IMG/VR virus record: IMGVR_UViG_3300046009_012017
From: an uncultured virus (IMG/VR IMGVR_UViG_3300046009_012017)
Taxonomy: Duplodnaviria; Heunggongvirae; Uroviricota; Caudoviricetes
Direction: 5' to 3' (one strand)
Length of the DNA: 64,000 nt
The position numbers were made by a program, and so were the translations under genes. Position 1 is the first letter of the stretch; every line of letters begins with the position of its first letter. Positions 19,362 through 29,154 of this stretch are shown one piece after another. Below the pieces are notes generated by a model, which was not told the origin of the DNA, made no database searches, and saw nothing but the letters and a program-made list of their open reading frames with translations.

Positions 19362-20180
19362 ATGAAGATATTAACTATTGGCGATGTTCATGGCCGTGAT
19401 AGGTGGATGTTCCACACGCACGGAAGCCCATATGAATTTAATTTTTGGATGACTGCTGTTGAAAATGGTGCTCCTGCAGATAATGAAGAATTATGGAAAG
19501 AAATGCCATATACACAGTATGACAAGATAATATTTGTGGGTGATTACGTCGATAGCTATGACCTTAGCAATGTGGTAATCTTAGATAATCTTAAAAAAAT
19601 ACTTTTCTTTAAAAAAGCATTACCAGATAAAGTTGTGCTCTTACTAGGAAATCACGATATACAATATTTTGTTCCTAATGAGATATGTAGTGGATATAGG
19701 GCAGAAATGCAGCCAGATCTTTATCAGATCTTTACCGAAAATAAAGAGTGTTTCAAGGCTGCTCATTTAGTTAAGGATAACACTGGAATCAAGTATTTAT
19801 GGACGCACGCAGGAGTTACTGATAGATGGCTAAAAGATACACATAAGGATATTCTTAATCCAAAATATAGACATTATGAAATAACTAAGGATTTCGATCC
19901 AGATGATCTGGAAAAATTCCTAAATGATTTGTTCGAGCTTAGAGTTGATAACATATTTAACGTCGATGCACACAGCGGTGGTTATAACTTATGGGCAGGA
20001 CCTTTCTGGGTTAGACCTATGATCTTGAATGAATTTCCTCTGGAAGGAGTTAATCAGATAGTAGGGCACACTCCACAGAGAATGGTAAAGGATATTGTGT
20101 GTGGTGAAGTTACACACTACTTAGTAGATTGTCTATGGGACGATTGCGATGATGTCTTAGTATTAGATATACAAGAATGA
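19362..20180 (+). CDS. Calcineurin-like metallophosphoesterase
   Basis: GDVHG, GDYVD, LGNHD, THAG, VGHT. Confidence 0.9.
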   Translation: MKILTIGDVHGRDRWMFHTHGSPYEFNFWMTAVENGAPADNEELWKEMPYTQYDKIIFVGDYVDSYDLSNVVILDNLKKILFFKKALPDKVVLLLGNHDIQYFVPNEICSGYRAEMQPDLYQIFTENKECFKAAHLVKDNTGIKYLWTHAGVTDRWLKDTHKDILNPKYRHYEITKDFDPDDLEKFLNDLFELRVDNIFNVDAHSGGYNLWAGPFWVRPMILNEFPLEGVNQIVGHTPQRMVKDIVCGEVTHYLVDCLWDDCDDVLVLDIQE

Positions 20181-20500
20181 CAAGAAGATTTAAATTCTAT
20201 AAAGAGGAAGACGGAAAATGGTTTGTAGATCTTCCTGAATGGGAAGGAGATAAGGATGATCTCGAAATGGTTATGGGTGCAGATATACTTTTGGAAATAT
20301 TATCCAATAATTCAGACTATTGCTACGTAACATTTAGCGATGAACCATTTGACGGAGCTAAGACACTGACGTACGATCATACGGAATCTACTCCTGGATA
20401 TTATAATAATGATGCGTGGCACGGACCATCTACTATTTGGCTTTGTTATGTAACTGAATTTGTTTTTGGTAAATATCCGGAGAAGATTTATTTCTCGTAG
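20177..20500 (+). CDS. Conserved hypothetical protein
   Basis: WFVDLPEW, LEMVMGAD.LL, WLC.VT.FVFG.YP. Confidence 0.75.
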   Translation: MTRRFKFYKEEDGKWFVDLPEWEGDKDDLEMVMGADILLEILSNNSDYCYVTFSDEPFDGAKTLTYDHTESTPGYYNNDAWHGPSTIWLCYVTEFVFGKYPEKIYFS

Positions 20501-20940
20501 TACTCTATCATCTTTACAGCATTAGATACTAGCCAAGGATCTACACCTGGTATTTTCATTAGAAAATTAAGCTCATACTTATAGCAAAGAGCCTCTTCCT
20601 TATTGGGATCTAACTTAGAATATAGTTGCTTGATATAGAGGTGCATCGATTCATGTACAAGTATAGCTGCGATGTTATAAATATTAGGATTTTTTATATC
20701 ATTAACTGCTATGGTTATCATAGAATCTCCCTCCGTAGTAGAGAATGATCCGTTCCAGTATCCGATATCTGTGCAAGACTCTAAAAGTACATTGTATTTT
20801 TCTAAGTCGTATTTTTTTATAATAGATATTGCACTGTCGACCTTGTTTTTCCATCCATCACCGACGTCTGCTACTCTTATTTGTGACAAGATAGAATTTG
20901 TTATAAATATAAAAATTATAAAGAGAGAGCTTCTTATCAT
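20488..20940 (-). CDS. Secreted zincin-like metallopeptidase
   Basis: Signal peptide; ILVHESMH (HExxH) plus downstream EE. Confidence 0.7.
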   Translation of the reverse strand: MIRSSLFIIFIFITNSILSQIRVADVGDGWKNKVDSAISIIKKYDLEKYNVLLESCTDIGYWNGSFSTTEGDSMITIAVNDIKNPNIYNIAAILVHESMHLYIKQLYSKLDPNKEEALCYKYELNFLMKIPGVDPWLVSNAVKMIEYYEK

Positions 20941-21389
20941 ATCTTTATTACTGCTTCATGTATTGCTTTTTTAAGTGCTGATGATACTGTCATTTTTTCA
21001 AAAGGTAACATTCCCTCTTTCACCTCGATCATAATTGCTCTTATTTCAGTTTCAGATTCCCCAATCCCCTCGTAACATTTACCGTCGTAGTATAATTTAA
21101 TACCAACTTGTGTTACGGATTCTGTTTTTTCTATTCCAACAACTCTTATAGTTGTTTTAGGTAAACCAAAGTAAAAAACTTCAACATCTATATCCTTTCC
21201 ATCTTCGGACAAGCAGAACCTTTCAGAGAGTTCGTCTTCTACTATTTGTCTTATACCAAATCGTATATCTCGATTTCCCATCTCTTTTAATTTTGCTGTA
21301 TTGTAAACCGAATCTACATACACACATTGCTGGGCATTAGCATTTATACAAAATACTATTGAAATTAGAATTAGGATTATATTTTTCAT
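20937..21389 (-). CDS. Secreted protein resembling the CsgG-like neighbour
   Basis: Signal peptide; FGIRQIVEDEL and GIGESET...F...TVSSALKKA parallel LGVTNIVIEYL and GLGEAVT...F...TVGISTKKA of 25393..26133. Confidence 0.55.
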   Translation of the reverse strand: MKNIILILISIVFCINANAQQCVYVDSVYNTAKLKEMGNRDIRFGIRQIVEDELSERFCLSEDGKDIDVEVFYFGLPKTTIRVVGIEKTESVTQVGIKLYYDGKCYEGIGESETEIRAIMIEVKEGMLPFEKMTVSSALKKAIHEAVIKI

Positions 21390-21976
21390 TTGATTAGATA
21401 TTTATTATAGTCTGTAGATATGGGTTTTTCATTTTTGAAGTAATATCTTTCGACCTTATTTCCGTATTTTATAGTTTTAATGTATCCATCAGGTATAGTT
21501 GCTCCAGTTGGGAGTACAACAGATTTACTAGAAAATATACATCTGATCTCGACAATAACTTCTTTATTTGTTTTTGCCAATTCTCTTTCTCTAACTTCTA
21601 ACAATCTCCACGTAGTCCTATTTAGGTTCTCTTGCTGTAGGGAACAATTCAAATATGTAAAGGTATTATATAATTTTTCTTTTGTACAGTTAAAATCTGC
21701 AGCAGGAGCAAGGTGTCCTTTGTCGTATGGATTACTCTCATAGTCTTTGTGATCTGACGTTACTATTGAATCGCAAACATAAAAGTCCATGCCAGTTCTT
21801 GGTGCAGTTCCGTTTGGACATTGTACGGTATATCTGATAAATTTGGGTTGCTGTAATTTTTCCGAGTATACAATTTCAAACATGTCTGTTTTGATGTAAA
21901 TTGAATCCCTTAGTGACTTTTGCGAAAATACAAATAGTGGTGAGATAAAGATTAATGGTAGTAGTAGTTTTTTCAT
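21386..21976 (-). CDS. Secreted DNA/RNA non-specific endonuclease (NucA/EndoG family)
   Basis: Signal peptide; YDKGHLAPAADF, TF.Y.N...Q...LNR..W..LE. Confidence 0.92.
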   Translation of the reverse strand: MKKLLLPLIFISPLFVFSQKSLRDSIYIKTDMFEIVYSEKLQQPKFIRYTVQCPNGTAPRTGMDFYVCDSIVTSDHKDYESNPYDKGHLAPAADFNCTKEKLYNTFTYLNCSLQQENLNRTTWRLLEVRERELAKTNKEVIVEIRCIFSSKSVVLPTGATIPDGYIKTIKYGNKVERYYFKNEKPISTDYNKYLIK

Positions 21977-21977
21977 A

Positions 21978-23654
21978 TTAATAATTTACTGTTGATTTAT
22001 AAGCTGGTGCTATTAGATAATAATTTACTGATCCTCCGCTTACTGGAGAGTTTATAGTTATTGAATTAACACCAGGTATAGTTATTCTTAGATCCGCTGT
22101 ATTGCTATTAAGTGTGCTATACTGCGCTGTAGTATAGTATCTAGCGGGTGGAGTGTTTATCCATCCCCCCATAAAATTATTTCTTCTTAAATTGATGTAG
22201 CTTTCATCTGCCACCGTTATTCTTCCATCGTTATTAACGTCATATCTGTTGTAATGGATGCTTTTCCTTGATGTTATACCTAGGACTATTTTAGAAACTT
22301 CTACCATGTCGGATACGCTTAGCTGAGTAACTGGTGTTGTCTGGTCAAGCTGGATGTACCATTCTATCGATGGATTGGTGGACACGGTAAAGTTCCAATA
22401 TCCGGATGAATTGGTATAAACAGTCTGATGCAAAACCCACGGCGTATATGTGACAATATAATCAAACTCTAAAACATATGGAAGAGATACACCGTTGGGT
22501 AAGTCATTCCATAAACCTCCACCAACAAACTGTGCATAATCTTCACTTCCCGAATTATTAGGTTCCCCGCCGTTCCAAGAAAGATATGGATTTAAACCAA
22601 ATCTATAAGATAGGGACATATAACATCTATCAATCTCGTCCGTTGATAGACATGTATTGTAGACCTGAAAAGCACCTAATCTAAAAGATCCATAGCCTCC
22701 GTGTCCCATGTTTGTAAAATCACTTAATCCAAGAGCAAATACTTGATTTCCCCCTCCGTCTGTGTGAGGAGCTAGTCTAACAAAGCTAACAGATCCAAAA
22801 CTTACACCGTTCTTGTAACCTGTCATAGTTGTTCCGTTATATGTGACAGCAATCATTGTCCATTGATTGAGCGTAATTGGTGTAGATAACTGCGTAATTC
22901 CTAAGCCATTCCAAAATCCAACTCTGAGCGTATTTCCTCCAGTAATTTCCATGACAGATTCATGCCATCCAGATGAAGGGGATTGAACACCTAGCTCACT
23001 AGCTATTACACCGTTTCCTGTTGGATAAACCCAAGCAATAAGTGTAATTACTTTAGATAAGCCGAAGTAATTTGTTAATCCAGGAGTAATTCCGTAAGTA
23101 TTGACCCCGTTGAATGTAAGGTATTTACCCCCTCCGCTCGTATAAACCGGTGAGTTTGTGAGTGACATGTTATTTCCGTTACCAGAATCAGGCAATGTTG
23201 GACCCGCAACATAATTAGCGACATCGTAGTTACTCACTCTTCCGGCAGTTACGTAATTTTCTGTCCATCTCCATCCACCTAAAGGCTCTGTATAAAAAGC
23301 TCCGGTTTTATCCTGATAATATCCAATCCAGCCTGATGGCCAAGTATTATAAAGGAAAGTCCTTTCTGCCAGATTTGATATTGTTGCTAAGTGACCGTTC
23401 ATGCCCTCGCATGCAGCTTTAGCATTCGTCCAGAACATTGAACCTGTTGATCTATAATATGAATGTCCGTTGTAGTTAGTTTGTGACGTAAAGCCATTCA
23501 TAACCGGGGTGGTTCTTTTGTATAATTTGACAGGTACGTTCACTGCTCCTGTACCATCTGCATTGTATATGTAGCCCGAATATGTAAAGTTTTGTGCGTG
23601 TATTTGGAACACGGAAAACAATACTATTGCCCAACTAATAATCTTGTTCCACAT
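21978..23654 (-). CDS. Secreted adhesin: C-type lectin with inserted LamG domain, plus dockerin-like repeat
   Basis: Signal MWNKII...IHA|Q; YNGHSYY..W..A...C....GHLATI, WIG, EPNN..ED..WND; LamG NQWTMIAVTY; DVNNDGRITVAD. Confidence 0.8.
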   Translation of the reverse strand: MWNKIISWAIVLFSVFQIHAQNFTYSGYIYNADGTGAVNVPVKLYKRTTPVMNGFTSQTNYNGHSYYRSTGSMFWTNAKAACEGMNGHLATISNLAERTFLYNTWPSGWIGYYQDKTGAFYTEPLGGWRWTENYVTAGRVSNYDVANYVAGPTLPDSGNGNNMSLTNSPVYTSGGGKYLTFNGVNTYGITPGLTNYFGLSKVITLIAWVYPTGNGVIASELGVQSPSSGWHESVMEITGGNTLRVGFWNGLGITQLSTPITLNQWTMIAVTYNGTTMTGYKNGVSFGSVSFVRLAPHTDGGGNQVFALGLSDFTNMGHGGYGSFRLGAFQVYNTCLSTDEIDRCYMSLSYRFGLNPYLSWNGGEPNNSGSEDYAQFVGGGLWNDLPNGVSLPYVLEFDYIVTYTPWVLHQTVYTNSSGYWNFTVSTNPSIEWYIQLDQTTPVTQLSVSDMVEVSKIVLGITSRKSIHYNRYDVNNDGRITVADESYINLRRNNFMGGWINTPPARYYTTAQYSTLNSNTADLRITIPGVNSITINSPVSGGSVNYYLIAPAYKSTVNY

Positions 23655-25396
23655 GTTATTGTATAATTTAAAGTGTTCACCTTTATAGCCCAAGCTCCCC
23701 CCGCATTTATATTAAATTTAAATCTCTTAGTTATATTTATATTCGTTCCTAAACTTGGCAGAATAACATATGGTGACTTTAAAACCAGATCGTTATAATA
23801 GCTTACGTAAGGTGAATAAACGAAAAGTGACATTAGCTTTACATCTATTCTTTTACCAAATTTAAGATCATACATTCCCCCTGCAATTAAAGCCGATCCT
23901 ATAAAAGGAGTTTTATATACCTGGCCATAAGATACTGTCGCCATATATACAGCTTTTAAATGTGGTACTTTTGGGAACATAAACATCTGTCCTCCTGCTA
24001 TAGTTCCGTATAGAGACCCTCTTCCCTCAAATCCTATTGATAATGTACCAGATAGAAGTCCTACGCTTTTTTTGTTAATCCACGCATGATATCCAGTTAT
24101 ATTTGGACCTCTTTGTGCAGAAACATAATCCATTAATCCACCTCTGGCAGTTGCACCATCCCACCTCATGTTGTGATATCCCCCAGTAAGCTTTAATCCA
24201 GTTCTAACTTCTGAGTTCTGAAAGTTAAATCCAACAAAGTCACTGGATGCTATAACGGTTGGTTTTCCACCATCCCTATTTTGATTTACTGTTTTTGTTG
24301 CTCCCTGAGTAATATTAGTTTGCCCTCCCTGCTCTTCTGTTTGCGACTGTGTCTCTTCCGAATTTGGCGAATTTCCATTTCCATTCGGAGATCCATTTTG
24401 TGAGGATGTATTTCCTGATCCACTATTAGGATCGCTAGTATTTGTACCGCTATTGGGAGAATTACCTACTTCTTGTCCCGGTTCTTGATTATTTCCCGAG
24501 CTGTTGTTATTAATCCCATTAGACCCATTACCACCAGTACTACTATTATTACTGCTGGTAGAATTGTTGACGTTGTTTCCATTGGTGTTAGTGGTTTGAT
24601 TATTTATAGTCGGCAAAGTCGATGAATTTCCGTTTTCATTTGATCCATTTTGAGTTGTAGTGCCTCCTGCTGGTGTTTCACCTTGAGCTCCAACATTTGT
24701 ATTAGCGGATCCAGCTCCTCCAGTGTTTGGAGATGCTTCATTTGTTCCAGAAGAGGTTTGATTTCCTCCATTAGTGTTACTTGTTCCATTTTCTTGGTTA
24801 TTTGATACGGAATTATTAGTACCTATTTCTGAATTGTTCGTATTAGTCTGGTTTGTATTTACGTTTGTGTTACCTGTTGTATTATTTTCCGTATTGTTAT
24901 TTCCAGATGATCCTGGATTGTTATTTTCTTGATTACCTGATGAGGCGGTATTGTTATTCTTTTTATCTGAGTTTTTTTTACCCGTATTGGAAGAGTTAGA
25001 AGCTGCAGTTAAAGTCCCACTTAAAAAGTCAGTAGCCCCATTAGAGATATCCATAAGTGAGGATAATGAATTAATTATCCCTACGGTATTTAGGGCAACA
25101 TCCTGAGCTATGTTTATTTGACCGCCAAGTCCAATTATTTCAGAACACGGAGATCCGTCATATTGTGTGAAGATGTCATTAGCCCATATTTCAAAATTAC
25201 CATTGTAAAAATCTTGCGATGTAAAGTTTTGTACAAATCCATAATAACCTACTGTAACAGATCCGTTAATAGGCACAATTATATTTTTAATATTTCCTGT
25301 ACATGGATCTGTGTATGAATAGTTATAGGTCTGAGCTTTTACACTAAAAAACCCAAGAACAAAAAAAAATACTAGTATGTAATTTTTTATTTTCAC
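23624..25396 (-). CDS. Secreted protein with long Asn/Gly/Ser/Thr-rich linker and probable C-terminal outer-membrane beta-barrel
   Basis: Signal peptide; about 230-aa low-complexity tract; amphipathic beta-strands in the last ~200 aa. Confidence 0.65.
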   Translation of the reverse strand: MKIKNYILVFFFVLGFFSVKAQTYNYSYTDPCTGNIKNIIVPINGSVTVGYYGFVQNFTSQDFYNGNFEIWANDIFTQYDGSPCSEIIGLGGQINIAQDVALNTVGIINSLSSLMDISNGATDFLSGTLTAASNSSNTGKKNSDKKNNNTASSGNQENNNPGSSGNNNTENNTTGNTNVNTNQTNTNNSEIGTNNSVSNNQENGTSNTNGGNQTSSGTNEASPNTGGAGSANTNVGAQGETPAGGTTTQNGSNENGNSSTLPTINNQTTNTNGNNVNNSTSSNNSSTGGNGSNGINNNSSGNNQEPGQEVGNSPNSGTNTSDPNSGSGNTSSQNGSPNGNGNSPNSEETQSQTEEQGGQTNITQGATKTVNQNRDGGKPTVIASSDFVGFNFQNSEVRTGLKLTGGYHNMRWDGATARGGLMDYVSAQRGPNITGYHAWINKKSVGLLSGTLSIGFEGRGSLYGTIAGGQMFMFPKVPHLKAVYMATVSYGQVYKTPFIGSALIAGGMYDLKFGKRIDVKLMSLFVYSPYVSYYNDLVLKSPYVILPSLGTNINITKRFKFNINAGGAWAIKVNTLNYTITCGTRLLVGQ

Positions 25397-26133
25397 CTTG
25401 GGAATATTCCTTTAGATATTAACCTAGTAACGACCCTAGATGAGGCAGTTTCCAATGCTTTTTTAGTGGATATACCTACTGTTGACTGATTGAATTTTAC
25501 TTCATCGCTAATATCACCCAATATTGAGGAAGTTTTAATGGTTACAGCTTCACCTAAACCTGATCCAACGATAACTTGGCTTGTTTCAGCATCTACAAAT
25601 TTGATTTGAAGTCCTAATCTAGTTGTCTGGTTGACCGTTTGCTGTCCGTTCACTTTTACTATCTCGTCTTCTGACACGCTAAAGTCGTAAACCTCTATAT
25701 AAACAAAGTATTTAGCTAGGACAACATTTCCCTTTACTTCTATCTTATTAGATGATACTCCCTTGTCGGAAGCTTTATCCTGGGCTATCATTCTTTGCTT
25801 GATCTCCTCTTTTTCCTCCGTAAAGATAAATCTATTAGTGTATTCTAGATATTCAATTACTATGTTTGTAACCCCTAGACCTACCCTTTTGTCTTTTAAC
25901 TCTGGGTATAATTCATATAGCTCCTCATTAATACCTATTTTCAGTAATTGTATTGGGACCTGTATTTCTCCGTCATAGTCCGCAACAGAATCTATTGATT
26001 GCTTTTTTTCGAAATCTGCAACGTACTGTTCCGTTTTAACAGACCCAATTCCCCCTCCTTGAGGGGGTTGGGCGTTCAGAGTTTTACAACTGAATAAACT
26101 TAATATAGATATTATGATTATTAGATTTTTCAT
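25393..26133 (-). CDS. CsgG-like lipoprotein
   Basis: Lipobox-like LFSC; L..TNRF...E, V.I.VYDF, LQIKFVDAETSQVI. Confidence 0.75.
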   Translation of the reverse strand: MKNLIIIISILSLFSCKTLNAQPPQGGGIGSVKTEQYVADFEKKQSIDSVADYDGEIQVPIQLLKIGINEELYELYPELKDKRVGLGVTNIVIEYLEYTNRFIFTEEKEEIKQRMIAQDKASDKGVSSNKIEVKGNVVLAKYFVYIEVYDFSVSEDEIVKVNGQQTVNQTTRLGLQIKFVDAETSQVIVGSGLGEAVTIKTSSILGDISDEVKFNQSTVGISTKKALETASSRVVTRLISKGIFPR

Positions 26134-26135
26134 TC

Positions 26136-26753
26136 TTATTCTTCTATTTGGCTTCTTAGTAATCCGCAAGTTTGACATTCTTCGAAACCGTCACCATCTG
26201 CGTCTCCCCAAATGTGCTCGCAGTTTCTGTGTTCGAAATATTCGTCAATGTCTCCATCTCCGTCAGTATCATATCCATCATTTACTCCGTCACCGTCTTC
26301 GTCAACTTCAGCTTTTTGAAATTCTTCGACTATAGCTTCTTCTACTGGAGCAGGATATTCTACTACAGGCTCTTCGTAAACTTCCTCTGTTACTTTAGTT
26401 TTTTTTTCAGGGGAAGGCTCAGATACGTTAGAAAGTGCTACGCCATCTTCCTCGTCAACTTTCTGGATAAGCATCTTATCTCTATCCTCAGAATTGAACC
26501 AGTAATCCACCACTTTATTTAAGTTACCTACAAAGGCACCTAAAAGGATAAGTAGCATTTCTTTCCAATCCTCGTTAACAGTTGTTCCTATAAAAACTCC
26601 TGCGTTTATTCCAAGAATGATAAAGAAAAATAATCCTAGCACGATCGCTGTAATTCTCCATCTATTAGCTTGCATTTGTTGAAGCATATAATAGAATCTG
26701 TTTTTGTCTTCTACCTTAACGTACTCGCTTTTTGTGTTGAAAATGTTTCTCAT
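26136..26753 (-). CDS. Two-TM membrane protein with acidic Ca-binding-like DxDGDG repeats
   Basis: Two TM helices; DEDGDG, DTDGDGD, DADGDG; terminal CxH...CxxC. Confidence 0.7.
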   Translation of the reverse strand: MRNIFNTKSEYVKVEDKNRFYYMLQQMQANRWRITAIVLGLFFFIILGINAGVFIGTTVNEDWKEMLLILLGAFVGNLNKVVDYWFNSEDRDKMLIQKVDEEDGVALSNVSEPSPEKKTKVTEEVYEEPVVEYPAPVEEAIVEEFQKAEVDEDGDGVNDGYDTDGDGDIDEYFEHRNCEHIWGDADGDGFEECQTCGLLRSQIEE

Positions 26754-26775
26754 TTGTTTGTTTTATTTTATTTAG

Positions 26776-27117
26776 TTACCAAGATTCCTCTTCCTCTTTT
26801 TTAGGTTTAGCAGGCTCTTGTGTTGCTGCAGGTTTTTCAATAACTCTTTCTCTAATTACTGTACCACCTCCGTTATTTTCAGTCTTTTGCTTGTTTTCTT
26901 GGTTTTGTTGTACGTTTAAGTTAATAACCGGTTGCTGTGCTGGAGCAGCTTGTTCAGTTTTAGTTTCTTCACTGTCCTCACTACCGCCACCGAAAATTAT
27001 AGTACTTACCCATACTCCGCCACCTGCAATTACTGTAGTTAACGTTCCGATGATTGTCTTCTTTAATCCTGACCAAGTTCCGTCATTGGTCTCTGGTGCA
27101 TTTGTTTCTTCGCTCAT
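26776..27117 (-). CDS. Single-TM protein
   Basis: One TM helix followed by a polar low-complexity region. Confidence 0.7.
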   Translation of the reverse strand: MSEETNAPETNDGTWSGLKKTIIGTLTTVIAGGGVWVSTIIFGGGSEDSEETKTEQAAPAQQPVINLNVQQNQENKQKTENNGGGTVIRERVIEKPAATQEPAKPKKEEEESW

Positions 27118-27121
27118 TTTT

Positions 27122-29053
27122 TTATTTTATTTTGGCTATCTTTTCTACTATAGTGTTTCCGTTCTCAGTGGTTAGAGTTACGAAATATAATCCCGATTCT
27201 AATTTACCAAGATCTGTATAGTATGAAAATTGTCCGTTTGGTACTTGACCAGTTAATATTGTAGCTAGTTTTCTTCCCTGTAAATCTGATATGTATAATG
27301 TAGCATTAGAAGTTTCTGATAGGCTAAATGTTATAGTAACTTCCTCTTCGAATGGATTAGGGTAGACTAGCATAGAGTTTGCATCTATTATTTGTCCGTT
27401 AGATATCTTTAATACCTGAAGAATTCCGTTTGTTGGCGTTAATGTTAAGTCCTTGTAATTCGATGCGTTACCTGCAAATTTTCTAGTGGTATATAAAGGA
27501 CTCTCATCCCATTGATTTTGTGGTTGTAGTGCTACGAATTGTAGGGTTATAACTTCGTCGCCATCTTTTAGCGTCTTCTGATTGTTAGTTATGTCATATC
27601 CACCCCAATCTACTTCTCCGTCGTTTGGATTGACATAAGTAAGCCATTCCATTACTGAAGATGTTGAGTAAATTCCCTTGAATGAAAGTATATCTGAGTT
27701 ATATTTTAATCCAAATTGAAGGGAGTTTAATTCCTTTCCGTTGGTTAATACCTTTACTGGTACATTTACTAAGTTCCCCTCTTGTACTGAAATGTGAGGA
27801 ACGTTAACCTCTACTGATTCTGTAGGAAAGTCGTATTCTACCTTAGTGTCTATTACGTTGTATATTTGATTTTCAAGACCTGGTGCAGGACCAACTATTA
27901 CTTCAATTGGAGTTACACGAGCCATATGATAACCAGTACCGTTAGCATCACCTGGTACGACTACGTAGTAAACAACTGAATCTGGTTGTCCAGGTAATAT
28001 CTCAAATGTAAAGTTAGTTGCTCCGGCTATTGATGATGTATAGTTAGTTGCTGATCCGTTAATAGTGTTATATTCGGATTGTGTAAAGAATTTAACATCC
28101 TTCGTATTGTTAGGCCATACTGCGAATCTTCCTGAAATTCTACCGAATACTCCGTATGCGTCAGTAATAGTTACATTATCTGATTCGTTAACATCTGCTG
28201 CATAATAATCAAATCCTGTCATCGTACCGTTACCTAGTACCCATTGATTAATTAATTGTGCATCTGCAGTCGAAATAACGTTACCTACTGCCATTGAATC
28301 TCCTTGTATTGCTAATCTCACGTCCCAATAAGTAGTATCTAATGGTACAGATATAGCGAAGTCACCGTTTATATCAGTAACATAAGTTGAATGTTGTGAC
28401 CATACGTTACCACCTAATGGTCTTCTTTGTAGAGCTAAAGTTAAGTTCTTAGCAGGTGTTCCAGTTACGTTGGTAAATGTTCCGTGGTAATCGAAATTCT
28501 GAAATATAAAGTTACCTCCGTAGTTGTGTAGATTTAGTGTTGTGTCTGCTCCTTCCTGAGTAGCTGCATATTGTTGGAAGGGGTTAGCTGCCGGAACAAC
28601 AGACCAAGCTAATGGTGTGATAGTTGCTAAGTTATTAAACACTGATGAAGCAGCATGAGTGAAATTAATTTCGAATCTCTCTCCATCGGGTAGCGTATAC
28701 GTTGAACTAGATCCCGTATAAACTAAGGTCATGGTGATGTAACCATTTGCTGCGTTAGTTATGTATTGAAAATCTAAATTCGTAGGAGATCCTAGAAGAG
28801 ATACGGTAGCATTGGTGAATGCTATTTTATCGTAGAATACTCTAAATTGTACACCTGTATATTTTGAAAGTGTAGTGTTCTTAGAAGTAATTCTTGCGGT
28901 CGTAAAACCTTGTGTGGTTGTACCAACAGTGTAGTTGGTGTCTATTATTGCCCATATTCCTGTTGAAGGTGCTGGTGGACCAGATTGAGCAAATAAATTA
29001 AAGTTTGTAGCAAAGATTGCTAATAGGAAGCCTATTAATCTTAGTGGTTTCAT
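27122..29053 (-). CDS. T9SS type A sorting-domain protein with cohesin-like and dockerin-like modules
   Basis: Signal peptide; GVQFRVFYD and VNVPVKV...SLQFGLKYNSDIL (cohesin-like); AADVNESDNVTITDA (dockerin-like); VYPNPF...LESGLYFV...KIAKIK (CTD). Confidence 0.85.
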   Translation of the reverse strand: MKPLRLIGFLLAIFATNFNLFAQSGPPAPSTGIWAIIDTNYTVGTTTQGFTTARITSKNTTLSKYTGVQFRVFYDKIAFTNATVSLLGSPTNLDFQYITNAANGYITMTLVYTGSSSTYTLPDGERFEINFTHAASSVFNNLATITPLAWSVVPAANPFQQYAATQEGADTTLNLHNYGGNFIFQNFDYHGTFTNVTGTPAKNLTLALQRRPLGGNVWSQHSTYVTDINGDFAISVPLDTTYWDVRLAIQGDSMAVGNVISTADAQLINQWVLGNGTMTGFDYYAADVNESDNVTITDAYGVFGRISGRFAVWPNNTKDVKFFTQSEYNTINGSATNYTSSIAGATNFTFEILPGQPDSVVYYVVVPGDANGTGYHMARVTPIEVIVGPAPGLENQIYNVIDTKVEYDFPTESVEVNVPHISVQEGNLVNVPVKVLTNGKELNSLQFGLKYNSDILSFKGIYSTSSVMEWLTYVNPNDGEVDWGGYDITNNQKTLKDGDEVITLQFVALQPQNQWDESPLYTTRKFAGNASNYKDLTLTPTNGILQVLKISNGQIIDANSMLVYPNPFEEEVTITFSLSETSNATLYISDLQGRKLATILTGQVPNGQFSYYTDLGKLESGLYFVTLTTENGNTIVEKIAKIK

Positions 29054-29154
29054 TTTTTTCGTCGTTTATCTATATATTTTTTAAACTTGAAAACATGGTA
29101 TAATTTTTTAAAAAATTGTTGAATTTTTTTAATCCCTTAAAATATGATATAAAA

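Noticed and set aside
20488..29053. Curli biogenesis operon or cellulosome
   Set aside because: No curlin repeats or CsgE/F, and no glycoside hydrolases bearing dockerins
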